64,000 bases of DNA from Octopus sinensis (Eukaryota): NCBI RefSeq assembly GCF_006345805.1, contig NC_043000.1, positions 47,120,001-47,184,000 on the forward strand. Reading direction: 5' to 3'. How positions within the stretch are numbered: the first letter of the stretch is position 1; every line of letters starts with the position of its first letter. A program made the translations under genes and the position numbers. The notes under the pieces were generated by a model. That model did no database searches, was not told where the DNA came from, and saw only the letters and a list, made by a program, of their open reading frames with translations. Positions 38,234-51,684 of the stretch are shown one piece after another.

Positions 38234-38635
38234 CTTTTACTGTTTTATTTAATTGTTTCAGTCATTTGACTGCGGCCATGCTGAAGCACCACCTTTAGAC
38301 GAACAAATCAACCCCAGAGCTTATTCTTTGTAATCCTAGTACTTATTCTATCGGGTTCTTTTTGCCGAACCGCTAAGTTACAGGGACGTAAACACACCAG
38401 CATCTGTTGTCAAGCGATGGTGAGAGGACAAACACAGACACCCAAACACACACACGCACAAATATATATACGACGAGCTTCTTTCAATTTCCGTCTATCA
38501 AATCCACTAACAAGGTTTTGGGCTTTGGTCAGCTCGAGTCTAGAGTAAAAGACACTTGCGCATGGTGCCACACAGTGGGACTGAACCCGAAACCATGTGG
38601 TTGGTAAGGAAGTTACACAGACACTCCTGCGCCTG
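38234..38635 (-). mobile_element. SINE family B, full length
   Basis: Reverse-complement match to 19111-19527. Confidence 0.9.
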
Positions 38636-39047
38636 AACAGCCAGGGGATAAGCAATATCCAGTTGGTCACCTCATTTGCACTTCCTGCAGGAAAGCGGCT
38701 GGCATAATAAAATGTTTGAATAACCAAACGGTAATTTGTTATTCTTCGGTCAATTGAAAAAGTCTATCAAAAAGGCATGTTATAACCATTACAAAGTGAA
38801 TGATTAATATTCTAACTGCAGAGAATGTCACGTATACTTCGGTGAACGAACATCACTTATTTCACATTACATACAAAATCATGCAATTCATGTAATAAAT
38901 TTAGTCTTCATACGCTTCTTCATACATTTTAATTGGAATCACAATTAAATTATGAAATTATTCGCAATGCGGGATGAATAATTACCGTTACATGGGCGTG
39001 TCAAATAGACAAAATGTGTATATAGACAGGCAGATAGACGAAATGTA

Positions 39048-40240
39048 CAGGCGTACCTCAGCCTACGGTATTTATTGGTTCCAGGAGACACGACATAAGT
39101 CGAAAAATGACTCAAGTTGAATTAACTTGTCTCTAGGCAAGGCTAGGCAAGCCCAAATTTACTTGTCTCTGGGCTAAACCGACAATTACCTCCCAACATA
39201 ATGGTCACACATTCTTTTGCGACCTTGCAACCTGGAATAGTTTTCTCCTCCTTGGAAATGAATGAACGGTCTGGCAATTTCCCCCCATAAAATCCAGTTT
39301 CATCTACGTTAAAAATCTGTTCGGGAAGAAACCCGTTTTCTTCGATGATTTTCTTCAATGCATTAGGAAATTCCGCTCTTTCTTGTTCGTCAGCTGATGC
39401 ACTCACTTTGCTTCTTAATGGAATGTCTTCTTCGCTCCTTAAATCTCATGAACCATCCTTGACTTGCCTTGAAGTCTACATATTTCTTATCTAGATATTC
39501 TTCAGATCCTCAAACAAAGGTAACGCTTTCTCTTGAATGATTTCTTGACTAATAGTAGCACGCCGATGATTCAACCTAACAATCCAAAGAGAAAAAAAAA
39601 CTTTCCACTTCTTCAAAGTTTTTGATTCCTGGAGCTTCAGATTTGATATGTGCTAAAATCTTGTTTTTTTTTTGTATAATCTTCGATACAGTTGTCCGAC
39701 TCATCCACAAAGATCGTGCAATTGCTACCACGTTTTTACTTTTTTTATGGCGTTTTGTCATAACTAGTTTATCTAGTTTATCTTTCACTATGAATTTTCT
39801 TAGGAGCCATTGGGGCAAAGGATAAAGTCACAAACGAATGAGAATGCGAAAGTAGCCGATAAACAGTCGTAAACCAATCTGAATTCAAAACAATCGTAAC
39901 AACGACGCCTAACGGTACATATCGGAACTACAGTGCAATATAAGCTCCGAAAGACTGATAAATAAGATAACACAGCTGGTTTCATGATTTCGTTTGCTAA
40001 GCTACACTACAATATGGTGTGTATCTTAACGTATACTGTACGTATTTTAATATGATTTTATATGCTTTTATTCTTATTTGTTTTACAGTAATATTTTATG
40101 TACTTTTAAAGGTTTTCTAGTGATTTTACGATTCCAATATTTGTGGCGGGCTGACGTAAAGTCGAGTAAATTTTCCATATATTATTTTTGAAAACCGACG
40201 TATAATCAATAACGACTTAAATCGAGACGAGGTATGTCTA
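39048..40240 (-). mobile_element. Tigger/pogo transposon, internally deleted
   Basis: TA-flanked termini caggcgtacctc / gaggtatgtcta. CENP-B-like fragments VAIARSLWMSRTTVSKII, FKASQGWFMRFK, PEQIFNVDETG. Confidence 0.85.
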
Positions 40241-40746
40241 TATACGTTAATTAATCATATCAGTTCATTAATATACTATATGGCAGGCAATATTTAAAGC
40301 AATTAATCAAAGTAAAATGCCTCGTGCGGTTCAAACCATCATTTTCATCGATAGTCCGGTCAGTAATATAATCTGATTAGCGACATTTTCTTACCCGAAA
40401 AACTTAGACGGAATGAGTTCTAAACGGTTAAGATGTACAGAATAACAAAAAATAAATATAACTTGGTATGCTAATCTAATGCTTTTCTCTCTGTCACTCT
40501 TCCTCTCTCTCTTGCCCTCTACTTTTATATACATATATATATGTATACATTCATATATGTTCATATATTTAGATATGTTTACACATACACATATGATATA
40601 AACACAAGCATTCATATATACATATATATAAATGTCGATATGCAAAAATTATCAAAGATTTTATACAAAATATGTACATGTGTAAGTATATAAAAAAAAT
40701 CCGACTTACCATAGAAATGATGTTAGGTATTAAATGGGTTGACTAA

Positions 40747-41052
40747 GAGTTTTACGAGTCCGACAGCTGTTTCTGGGGACTTCGTGGTCCAAAACAATGA
40801 TTGTAATTTGATTCCATCATGGGATAACACCAGCCTCCGTCTTCAGGGATGTATTTTGTATTTGAGGTGTTGACAGAATGGAGTTAAACTCAAATGCAAA
40901 ACTCTTCCCTGAGCTGTTGACCATGAAGTTATCTCAAATGTAAATGATTTCCCTGAAGACGGAGGCTGGTGTTATCCCACGATGGAATCAAGTTACAATC
41001 ATTGTTGTGGATCACCAGGCTCGCAGAAACAGGTGTTGGACTCGTAAAACTC
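40747..41052. repeat. Inverted pair of ~103-bp arms (40747-40849 and 40950-41052), each carrying a minimal hammerhead-like motif
   Basis: Minus arm: TCC / CTGAAGA / ... / GAAAC-AGCT-GTC / GGA. Plus arm: TCC / CTGAAGA / ... / GAAAC-AGGT-GTT / GGA. Confidence 0.85.
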
Positions 41053-41224
41053 AAATCCTTAAATTCCTGGTATACCTATTGTATGTATGTCGGACCTTTT
41101 TTTATATGCATAGTACATCTTTTGTATTAAAAGTATGTAATATTTCTTGTATATCGATCATGCTTGTCCTTGATAGATCGGTAGCCACTACACACATTTT
41201 TCTCTCCTTGTTTATTCTGTGTCC

Positions 41225-41260
41225 CTTTCTGTAGAAGAGCGTAGGCTCGAAGCGTAAAAG
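41225..41260 (+). ncRNA. Minimal hammerhead-like motif (A6U core, GAAG), Penelope terminal-repeat family
   Basis: CTTT / CTGTAGA-A / GAGC-GTAG-GCTC / GAAG-CGT-A / AAAG. Confidence 0.62.
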
Positions 41261-41685
41261 ACGTTTTCAATTCCTGAGCGTTCTACTAATAAATCTGTTT
41301 GTTCTGTACACCACCTGTCTTCGTCTTTTGCTTTTTTTTCGTGAACTCTCCCTATATATATATATATACTGTATATATATACATTATTTAGCTTTTCTTT
41401 CGTCACTGAATTCATTTTAACCGCTTTGCAGGGTTTCCGTCCAAATTTATCAGCGCATTAAATTGCCGCCAAGCAGAATATATTACTGTTAGTATTAACA
41501 CTAAGAGGAAGATGTTTTAAACTGCATGAAGTTTTGCCTTAAATTTTGTTAGATTTACAAGATGATAGAATATATTAACATTAACATTTTGTCAATTTGC
41601 CTAGTTGTTGACACGCCCATGAAGTGATTAAAATTCATCCTGCATTGTGATTTTGATCCATAAATTGATTATGATTCAAATTAAA

Positions 41686-41782
41686 ATGTTTGAAGATGTG
41701 TATGAACTCTAATATATTGTATGATTTGTAAAACATAGTGTGTGAAATAAATGGTCTTAGTTCATCGAAACGTACGTAACAT
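41686..41782 (+). ncRNA. Minimal hammerhead-like motif (C3U core, long stem II loop)
   Basis: ATGT / TTGAAGA-T / G[tgt]ATGAACT...AGTTCATC / GAAA / palindrome ACGTACGT / GUA site / ACAT. Confidence 0.68.
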
Positions 41783-41829
41783 CGATTTGACTTCTCTTTT
41801 CTTCAGTTAAAGTACCCCTGAAAATTATC

Positions 41830-42640
41830 AATGGGGAGAAGACTGAATGAAACACCAGTCTGAACTACATGTGATAAGCCAATGAGTAGACAATAACAAA
41901 ATGTGGTTAAATGAGGGAAGATTTGAAATGATGAAGTTTGGAAAACAAAACTAATTTCAAATAACCATATTCTCTTCTTTCTGAGGAACCACTCACAGCA
42001 TTCAACAATATCAAGGACCTAGGAACGATTGTTGAGAGAAATCTCAGCTGGAATGACCACATTAACAATAAAGTCAATATAGCTCGCTGTTTCAGCTCCT
42101 GGATCCATAGAACTTTCCAGTCGTGAGAGCAAGATGTCATCATTCCCCTCTTCTCTTCCTTTGTACAGCCACATCTAGAATACTGCTTCCCTCTGTGGTC
42201 TCCCCACACAAAGCAAAACATTACGAGAAGTGTGTCACCCTAGAGAGTATTGATTAAAAAAGTTAATGGTATGACTAATCTTGATTATTGGGGCCGCCTT
42301 AAGTCATTGAAATTTTACTCTCTCTCCAGTACCGCAGTGAGTGCTACGTCATTTGCACAATGTGGAGAATATACCACCAGCATTGCCCTAACGGCCTTAA
42401 CATTAGATTCAGAATTCATACAAGGTCGGGGCCACTTTCCATACGCCTCCAACACAATTCAGAATCACAGTACATAAATTTACTGCAACAGAATGTCTTT
42501 TCCTCAACAGGCCCTACTCTATTTCACATTATCCCCAAACAAATCTAGGTAGAAAAAGATCCCGTCACCTTCAAACGAAACCTGGAAAAATTTCTTCAAG
42601 GGACGCCAACTAATGAAAGACAGGTCAACCTGTCAGCTAT
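41830..42640 (+). mobile_element. CR1-type LINE 3' fragment
   Basis: KDLG..V..NLSWNDHIN, FQSREQDVIIPLFSSFVQPHLEYCFPLWSP, LDYWGRLKSLKFYSL, GPTLFHIIPKQI, FKRNLEKFL. Confidence 0.85.
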
Positions 42641-43204
42641 AGCCAAGCTCGTCTTACGAATAGAGTTCCAGCACACGCGCGCGCACATATACATACGAAC
42701 GGATGTTTAAATGAATGCATGTGTACATGTATAAATATGTTATGTCAGTTCGCTCTTGTACTACTGCTAACATGTAGCCCAGTACAACGTATTTTCTTGC
42801 AACAATATTTTTTCTATGGGCACACAAAAACACATTTACCAGAACTTGATACTGGAGATGGCGGTGATAAAAAGCTATCGCTAGTGGTTGGGCGTCCATC
42901 ATTGACGAAACTAAAGAAAGTCGAAGTCTCGTGACCTGATGGTTTCGGCGCTAGAGGTGACTGGGATTCATCTCCCCGCGAGCGATAAAACCAAGAGTGC
43001 ATTTTCACCAAAAACCAATATGAGAGGTTCTCTCATGGTATCTGCGACAGTATAGTTTATTCTAACAGAACATCAGCATTTAACCCATAAAGCGCTGGTA
43101 TTTGCACTTACATAGCGTAGACGCTAAGCACATTTTATGAAAAGGAGAGTACCATGCACAGATAAAAAAAAAATAGTTTAAATATCTTAGTATATAATAG
43201 TGGC

Positions 43205-43520
43205 GTGGAGGTGCAATGGCCCAGTGGTTAGGGCAGCGGGCTCGCGGTCGGAGGATCGCGGTTTCGATTCCCAGACCGGGCGTTGTGTGTGTTTATTGAG
43301 CGAAAACACCTAAAGCTCCACGAATCACCGGCAGGGCGTGGTGGCGACTCCAGTTGTACTCTTTCGCCCCGACTTTCTCTCAGTCTCTCTTCCTGTTTCT
43401 TGAGTAACGCTGCGATGGACTGCGATGGACCGTCCAGCTGGCAGAACACATACGCCACAGAAACCGGGAAACCGGGCTCATGACCCTGGCTGGGTTTGAA
43501 AAGGAAACATGAAAAATAAA
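43205..43520 (+). mobile_element. SINE family C with alternative tail (C2), 13-bp TSD
   Basis: Head and body match 16237-16541 for ~185 nt. Tail acgccacagaaaccgggaaaccggg. TSD atataatagtggc at 43192-43204 and 43521-43533. Confidence 0.9.
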
Positions 43521-43559
43521 ATATAATAGTGGCAAGATTTACAAAGTCATTAGTTGAAC

Positions 43560-44330
43560 TATTAGCCCTCTTGCATTCTGGGGAGTATCGGAACGTTTGA
43601 GTGACATTAAACACCAGCAAACGCCCATACATTACATGCAACTATCTGGGCCATGATCATGGCGCGTCGCGCTTTATGTGTTAAGTGGATATAAATATCA
43701 CCTAACGGCATTAATACTGCCTCTGTCGCTGATGTATATAGGTGATTCCATCCTAGCATCACCTTTATCGTTGATTTTCACAAGGTCGAAATATATTCCA
43801 ACCACCTTTGTGTGTTTAAGTAATTGTTTTGATACCTTGTGTCAATGATGCAGAAGGTGTGTCAGAGAACTTCCTCCTGGTTGAAAACCCCATTAGGTGT
43901 CATTTGATAAGTAATTTTCTTCAAAGAACGTGATTACTTTCTTTCTGGCTGTTCGTTCCATGACATTGCTGATGCGTGAGATCAGAGATATTGTCTTGTA
44001 ACATTTAGCATCTGCTCTGTTTCCGTCTTTATGGTTTTCTTTGACTTATCTGGAAGTCTTCCTTTAACTTGCTCTGCTTCCGCCTTTCTACACTCCTTTA
44101 ACTTGCCTGAAAGCTTATCAGTTGCAAGGAAGCTCTGGAAGTGAGACTGCAGTGGTTTTGTTAGGGCTTGTTTACTTTCCTTTTAAAAAGATCACTGGGA
44201 GTCCATCAGAACCTGTGAATGAGTTTAGGCTTATTACATCTTTTATTCTAATGTAATCGATCGTTGCTGCCTCCCTATGAGCAGCTGCAGTGACAAAGAA
44301 TTCATTATGTTGACTTACTTGCATGTAAGT
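43560..44330 (-). mobile_element. Degraded CR1-type RT N-terminal fragment
   Basis: KDVISLNSFTGSDGLPVIFLK resembles SAPGPDG. VVGIYFDLVKINDK resembles VIYLDFAKAFDK. Confidence 0.6.
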
Positions 44331-44387
44331 AAAAACACGTTTGAATTGATCATTCAACATATGTATACGTATACATATACATACATG

Positions 44388-44482
<95 letters not shown>

Positions 44483-45032
44483 AAAAGCGAAAGAGATAGA
44501 GATAGAGAGAGAGACCTAAAATCCAAATTCAACAAAAGAAACAGAATTTAGCTTATCGAGTCAAGTTCTGTTTTTCTTTTTTTGTACAATTTCAATTCGA
44601 GTTTTAATCCGAGATTCAAGTTACAACATTATTTTTAATTTACGTTTCTTCTGATTTCAGTTAATTGACATATTTTAACTTTAACAATTTTAAGCTTAAA
44701 AAATGAAAAAAAAAAATTGTTGTTTTTTTTTAGATACGAGCGCTCAAAAATTCTACATTAAAGACATGAGTTGAAATATCCAGCCATAAAACTAACAAAC
44801 ATACTGTGTAATAACTTAGAAATTTACTCCTTTTTTTTTAACAGAATCAATGCTTCTTTGATGATGTAAAGGATGACGTATAATTAAATTCATGGGGGAA
44901 AACGATTTGATTTATTGAAAAGATAGCGTACATGATCGATAATATTTCATTAACAAGTGGTGTAAGATTTTTAATATATATATATATACATATGAACATG
45001 ATTATATATACATATATGCATATGAACATGAT

Positions 45033-45096
<64 letters not shown>

Positions 45097-46164
45097 TGTA
45101 TATATACATACATACATACACACATATGTATGTATATATATATATATATGATCATGTTCATATGAATACACAAATAGGTGTATAATAACCATGTAATTAT
45201 ATACATATACATATATATGTACACACATACACACACATATATATATATGTATACATACACACGCACATATATATATATATATATATATATGTATGTTTGT
45301 GTGAAGGTGTGTGTGTATAGAGAGAAAGTGAAAGAGAGAAAAAGAGCGGGATTCGTACACTTGAAAATGTGTGAGTATATATAATAATATGCATATATAT
45401 ATATGTACGTGCATGCGTATTTATATTTAGACAATCTCTTCTGAGCTAACATTTATACCTATAAATATCTCATGTATGTAAACACATACATACATATACG
45501 ATATTTATATAAGAAATTTATATAGGACACATATAAGCATAAATGTTGGTATGGAAAAGTTAGTCAAACAGTTGCATGGTTATTAAACTGATAACTTAAA
45601 GAGAAAATTAGGTTTGTAAAGTCGATATTTTAAAATAAATCTGCAGCTTTCTTTCATTCACCATTCTAGGAATACCTTACATTTAATGTGTGTGTCGTTA
45701 AAGTAGTCTCTGATGGGTTTCTCACTCCACCAGGAAACGCCGAAGCAAATCCAACGAGCGCATAATGGAACATATATGCGTTTGCTTGTTTGGTTAGAAA
45801 TAGCTATCAATTCTCTGTTTTAAATCACCATCCGTTGCCGTATTAAAGGCAAGATACGTATTCCTGATTGAAGAACCTATTCCTGGTTACGGAAAAAATA
45901 ATGGGACAGACCTGACAAAAACGTCTTTGATCAGAGGTCAGTTCGATCATGGTTGATATAAAGCTAATCATCAAAAATACCTAAACACACTGGATAACAT
46001 TATCGTACAAAAGTCATTCAATTGGGTGGGCATAGCATGTAGAATCTTCTTTTTGGGCATTTGGCAAGATTTTGGACCCTTTGATATAGGTATAAAGTTG
46101 TTGTTCTTTTAAAGAAAGATTTGTAAAATTTAATTTAGTAAAAGTAGAATCCCTTTTCTCTAAT

Positions 46165-46380
46165 ATATGTTTCAAATATCAGCACAAAGCCAATAGGTTT
46201 TGGGTCGAGGCCAAGTCTATTAAATTGACCTCAGTTTTCAACTTGTACTTATTTTGTAGACCTCAAAAAGACGAAAGGCGAAGTCGGCGTCGGCGGAATT
46301 TGAACTTAGAACGTAGAGACGGACGAAATGCCGCTAAGCATCTTGCCTGGTGTGGTAACAATTCCGTCACTTCTCTACCT
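46165..46380 (-). mobile_element. SINE family A
   Basis: ggcggaatttgaac (B-box reverse complement), gaaatgccgctaagca. Confidence 0.8.
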
Positions 46381-47423
46381 TTCCTTTTTTTGATATTGTT
46401 CATTTGCTTACTGCACACCAAGCCATTCTTAAGTGGCTTCAGAGTCATTTATGGTTTTTCTATAAAAGTGGTTATTCGACCCTTTTTCAATCCTTCTCTC
46501 TTATACTTTATTCTTCAACTCTGGAATGATGAAAGACAAATTTGACCTTGCTAGGATTGGCACTCAGAGCAGTGAATGTACGCGGAGTTTCTAGATCTTT
46601 CGAATTGCAAGTACAGTCTAGGAAGTATGTCAGAAGAATCGGCCTTAGCAGTAGGTTTGTATTGTATTTATCGATTCCAAAAGGATTAAAAACAAATTTG
46701 TAACCTTAGCGGGATTTGAAATCAGAGCTAAGATATCCAGAACAGATATCACAAGATAGTCTGTTCGACGCTCTAACACTACGACAAATCTGTTGTTTTA
46801 ATGTATTGAGCAAACTATGTGAGGAATGACAGATGACAGGATGGCAACGGTTAGAAGATAGTTCGAACATGACACCCTTTATTTTCCTTCTATGTTAAGT
46901 GAGACATTGCATCCGTGAGTTGTATTTCGACGTTCAGCCGACTACCGAAATGCCACAGCACTGACCCAAGACTACACAAAAACCATCGTCGTTCCAGAAT
47001 ATCTCTACGTGATTACTGGATGTGGCAGAGATAGCAGCCATATTGGCATTAAATCATTTTCTTTCAACTTTAAAGAGAATGATTTATGTTAAATAATATA
47101 GTCCTAGAAGCACACAAAAAGATGGAATGGTCATGGCTGGTATGCATTTGGTATTAAGTTACATCGCGGAGCGGAAGTTAAACAGCATCTCTAAAATTAA
47201 TACTAGAATTATTTTAAATAGAATGGAAGTTTTAAGCATTAAGCGTTAAGATATTATTTTAATGTTTGTATAGCATGATCTTGATTAATATGTTTTGGCA
47301 TTAATAGAATTTACGAATCCGAGATTGATAAAATAAGTACAAGAGATGTACTGGAACTACGTAACGGACAATTCCTATTCCCCAAAATGGTTGACTTTCT
47401 GCCCATTTTATATCTGAATATAT

Positions 47424-47634
47424 TCCTTTCTACTATAAGCATAAGGCCAGCAATTTGGGGGCAGGGGTCTAGGCAATTACATCAACCCCAATGCACCAAT
47501 GGTACTTATTTTATCAACCCCGAAGGATGAAAGCCAAAGTCGACTCGACTGCATTTGAACTCGGAATGTGAAGACGGGCGAAATGCCACTAAGAATATTT
47601 TCCGGCGAGCTAACGATTCTGCCAGTTTACCACC
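47424..47634 (-). mobile_element. SINE family A, tail A1
   Basis: cctttctact...gtacttattttatcaacccc...gctaacgattctgccag. Confidence 0.82.
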
Positions 47635-47894
47635 TTATACATCTGAATGTATTTTCAGGTAATTACAATGAACATTAGTCTCGGGAGTGATTACTTTTGT
47701 TTACTGTATTCTAGATTACGATTTTCATAATTGCATCCTGAATACCGTTGTCTCATAATAGATTCAATTATCAAACCCTTGAATACCGCAGTATCATAAT
47801 AGATTGAATTTTGAATCCTAATCACTCAATCTAGCTATAAGGTATCGTAGTATTGGGACAAATCATTGTTGCAATAAGCAAGGTTACTATATGA

Positions 47895-48019
47895 CAGTGG
47901 TTCTCAACTTTTTCACACTGGTTCCCAGCAGTGGTTTCCAACAGTAGTTCCCAAACCTTTTATTTAAATGAGTTTTTCCACGGCCCCCTTTTAATATGCT
48001 TACCCTTATGTATATATAT

Positions 48020-48082
<63 letters not shown>

Positions 48083-48265
48083 ATACATACATAAGGGTAA
48101 GCATATATATATATATATATACATACAAATTGAGATAGGGGTTGTAAATGCAACCCTCTATGGGATAACAAATATCCAATATACTGCTAGTGAAGTACCC
48201 AACAAAGTTAATACATAAATGTTAATGGTTGCGATGCAATCAATTCATTTACTGTATTATATGGG

Positions 48266-48329
<64 letters not shown>

Positions 48330-48431
48330 ATGTATATGTGTGTGTGTGAAATTTTGAATTCAGCTCACGGACCCTCAGTATTACCTTTGCGGATCACCAG
48401 GGGTCCACGGACCCCAGCTTGGGAACCACTG
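47895..48431. mobile_element. hAT-type MITE with stuttered left TIR and internal (TA)n
   Basis: cagtggttctcaa...ttgggaaccactg. Flanks ctatatga and ctgtataa match 6/8 (8-bp TSD). Confidence 0.75.
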
Positions 48432-50643
48432 CTGTATAACTAACATGTTTCTTGAAGTTGCAGTCTTCCTAATGGCAAGTTAACAAGAAAATACTACAGT
48501 AATGAACATTCATCAGGGGCTCACTGGGACTCAAAACACTTAATTGTAAAAGCATAAATAGGGAATTATGAATACATCCCACCGTCTCTGTTATTGTTGC
48601 ATGTATTTGCTGAACATTGCTATTTTGCTGAATACCACGAAGTATCAGATGAAATATTTGGGCAATTTTCGCTCTCGAATAGAGGACAAAGGTCACTCAA
48701 CTACGTTAATGCTACTGGCAAAGACAAACGATCTAAAATTGATGGACAAGGACTCTTGACAGGATGAACCAGAATTCAATTGCAACTACTCGAAATAAAA
48801 ACGAAAAAGAAAAAAATCTGATCAGGTTTATTAATATATAAATTGGTTTTAGATCTAGATTTTAGTTCTGATTATAGCCTCATATGGTGGTTGATGTCTT
48901 AGAATTCAACCTACTCTGAAATCAGGAATCACATGTGATGAATTGTCATACTGGACTCGTGATAGACAATGAAGAAAAAATGGTGTTGCATATAAATTTC
49001 TATTTGCAGCCAGTCGCTTTACAGTTGAATTTAATATAAAAGTTTTGTCTTTTATATCATAATAATTTGTTTCATTTTCTTTATGTGTGTGTGTTTTCAT
49101 TAATTAAATAAGAGTCTTAATATAAAACGTAGTTTTATTGTTTCTTTAATGAATTCATCTTTGGTTATAATATTTGAATAGATTATACATGCAAGACCTC
49201 TAATGCAGAAAAACAACTCTGTGTTACTTTATTTCTAATTTTAGCAAGATAATTATTGTTTATTATCCTAAATGGGTTGTGCTTATTGTTCTCAATTATT
49301 ATTTGGCAGTTAATTACAAAATTTCTATTAATGAATATATCTTTTGTTTTGTTAGTCATTCTTCACTAATGAGATATAACTTTGATGTTTTAAATCAAAT
49401 TTAAAATTTTCAATGTGAATCTTGGCTTGTATTGATATTTTAATATTCAATCTCTTTGTTTTAAGAGAAGATATTTTAAAAAAATTACATGATTTCGTTG
49501 ATAAAAATGCTATAAAAGAATATATTTATAGAGTAAGATTTTTTTGATTGCTATTAAAAATCTAATCAAATTACACTGGTGAGCAAGATAACTGTGCTAT
49601 GGTTAATTTAGTGATTTAAACATGAATCTCTCTTTTTTTTTCTCAAGTCAATATCTACAAACAGGTTAAAGCTCTAATCATAAAACATTCATTAAAACAC
49701 ATAATCTAACCTACAGAAATTTATATATTAAAGCAAACAGACAACAAAGATATTATGAAGCAATAAAAACGCCAACACAGTTTTCATTCTAATTGAGCAG
49801 GTTCTGTATAAGTGGAACTATCTTCCCAATTTGTAAAATGGCAGTGCATGTATGCTTTGTAAGAAGATTACTGACAAAATATTAAATTACATTTAAATTT
49901 AATTTAGCATTTGAATTTAAGACATGTACACCGAAGACACAGATGAATAGATTGAGAAGATGCGACATAACCAGTTGAGAGGTGATGGTGATTAGAATTC
50001 TCTAATCTGTTCTGCCTTGTGGCACTGCTAATGGTCAAGATACCTAACTCTTAACAGCCAAGTCAATCTAACTAAAAACATGCCCTACAGAATATTATGA
50101 GTGACAAATGGCTCATCAGGGTAAAGTGCTGAGTTCAACTCCATCGTACATAATGGCAGATATTAAGCTTCTAACCGTATTGTTCAGAATGAACATTAAA
50201 TAAACAAACTTGGCCATTTATGCATAACTTCGAGTTTTAGAAAGAAGACACGACATTCATGCGATATGTTAAACAGAAGAATCAACTGAGCAAGGAGGGC
50301 AGCAAAAGCATACAAAATGAAAATGAAAGGCATGCCAACAAATATTTTTAATGATATCTATCTATCTATCTACCTATCTACCTATCTCTCTACCTACCTA
50401 CCTACTACCTACCTACCTACCTACCTACCTACCTACCTACCTACCTACCTACATACATACATACATACATACATACATACAAACATACATACATACATAC
50501 CTACATACCTACCTACCTACCTATCTACCTATCTACTTACCTATCTATCTATCGTTATATATACATGCATTCCAAAATACATGTAGATTATTGACGGTTT
50601 TTTCTTCCATCTTCCTTTTCTCTTGGACCTTCCTCTGTTTCCT

Positions 50644-50678
50644 GCTTCTGAAGAAAAGCTTTGCTCGAAACGTAAAAC
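50644..50678 (+). ncRNA. Minimal hammerhead-like motif with canonical core, Penelope terminal-repeat fragment
   Basis: GCTT / CTGAAGA-A / AAGC-TTT-GCTC / GAAAC-GT-A / AAAC. One mismatch each in stems I and II. Confidence 0.65.
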
Positions 50679-51684
50679 ACCCTTTCTTTCCTTCCCAGAG
50701 CATCTTTTAATACTTTGCATGTATCACGTCCTCGCGTTGTATTTTTTCTTGTGTTTTGTTTTGGTTTTTTTTTGGATCAGTTGCTGTTAAAAAACCTCGA
50801 TGACACAATGTGGTAGCTCAACCATCTAGAAATAGCAATAAACTTCTCTCAAAGAAAAAAACTATCGCCTTTGAAAGGAAGGATACGTTGGACAACACAC
50901 TCACATGCACACACACACATTACATACATTTCATACATACACACATACATATATATGTGTGCAAAATACGTACGCACACATATGTATATATATAAGGGGA
51001 TGATCGTAGTTGAGACTATTTTATTACTCGTTACTGTATGACGACTAACAAAACAAAACAATAATATATTATACTTTCTGTTTACTTTCTGTTGCTGTTT
51101 TAAAGTTGTCATCTTGTGATGTCATAATGATAAACCGAAAGTAAACCAACAACACCTTTACGAGTTCTTCCACAAGCTTGAACAAAGAACGAAAGCGCAA
51201 CTTCAACTTCTTAAATGAGAAATATCATACCGGTTAACTGCGACTTAGATAAACACAAAGAAATGAATTATCATAGGTGGAAAATCTTTTCTCATAGTGA
51301 TTTTTCTCTTATAGTTACTCACTCAAAGCTGATTCATAACTAATCAACAAGAAATACATCAACAAATAACTCCAATATTAAGAGCTTTTGAAGGAAACTT
51401 GAGTTGATTAGATGTCAAATTTTCTGAGATGAAAATACCAACAGCACTTGGAGAAAACTAGCAGGCGCTAACATTTAATTGTTCTTTTGCCTTTTTTTCA
51501 ACACCACAACTACCGCAAGACCATCGTTCTCACTATAGAAATGTATTTTAATACATACATCACAAACCTCTCGGGTTCTTCACCTTGTTTAACTGCATAC
51601 GGTTCTTCTGAGGCCTTGCAGAAAAGGGTCTTTAATATATTTATGTAATTGTTCTTTCTTCCATCATCCAGGCATAATGTTTCT

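Noticed and set aside
43205-43280. tRNA-like sequence with A and B boxes (also 16465-16541)
   Set aside because: It continues into a SINE body and tail bounded by TSDs, so it is not a tRNA gene.
41830-44330. Opposite-strand CR1 fragments as one twin-primed insertion
   Set aside because: The inverted N-terminal piece lies 3' of the 3' fragment, the wrong side for twin priming. Treated as independent remnants.
48559-48768. Open frame GNYEYIPPSLLLLHVFAEH... as a host exon
   Set aside because: No polypyrimidine acceptor or clear donor, and no recognisable homology.
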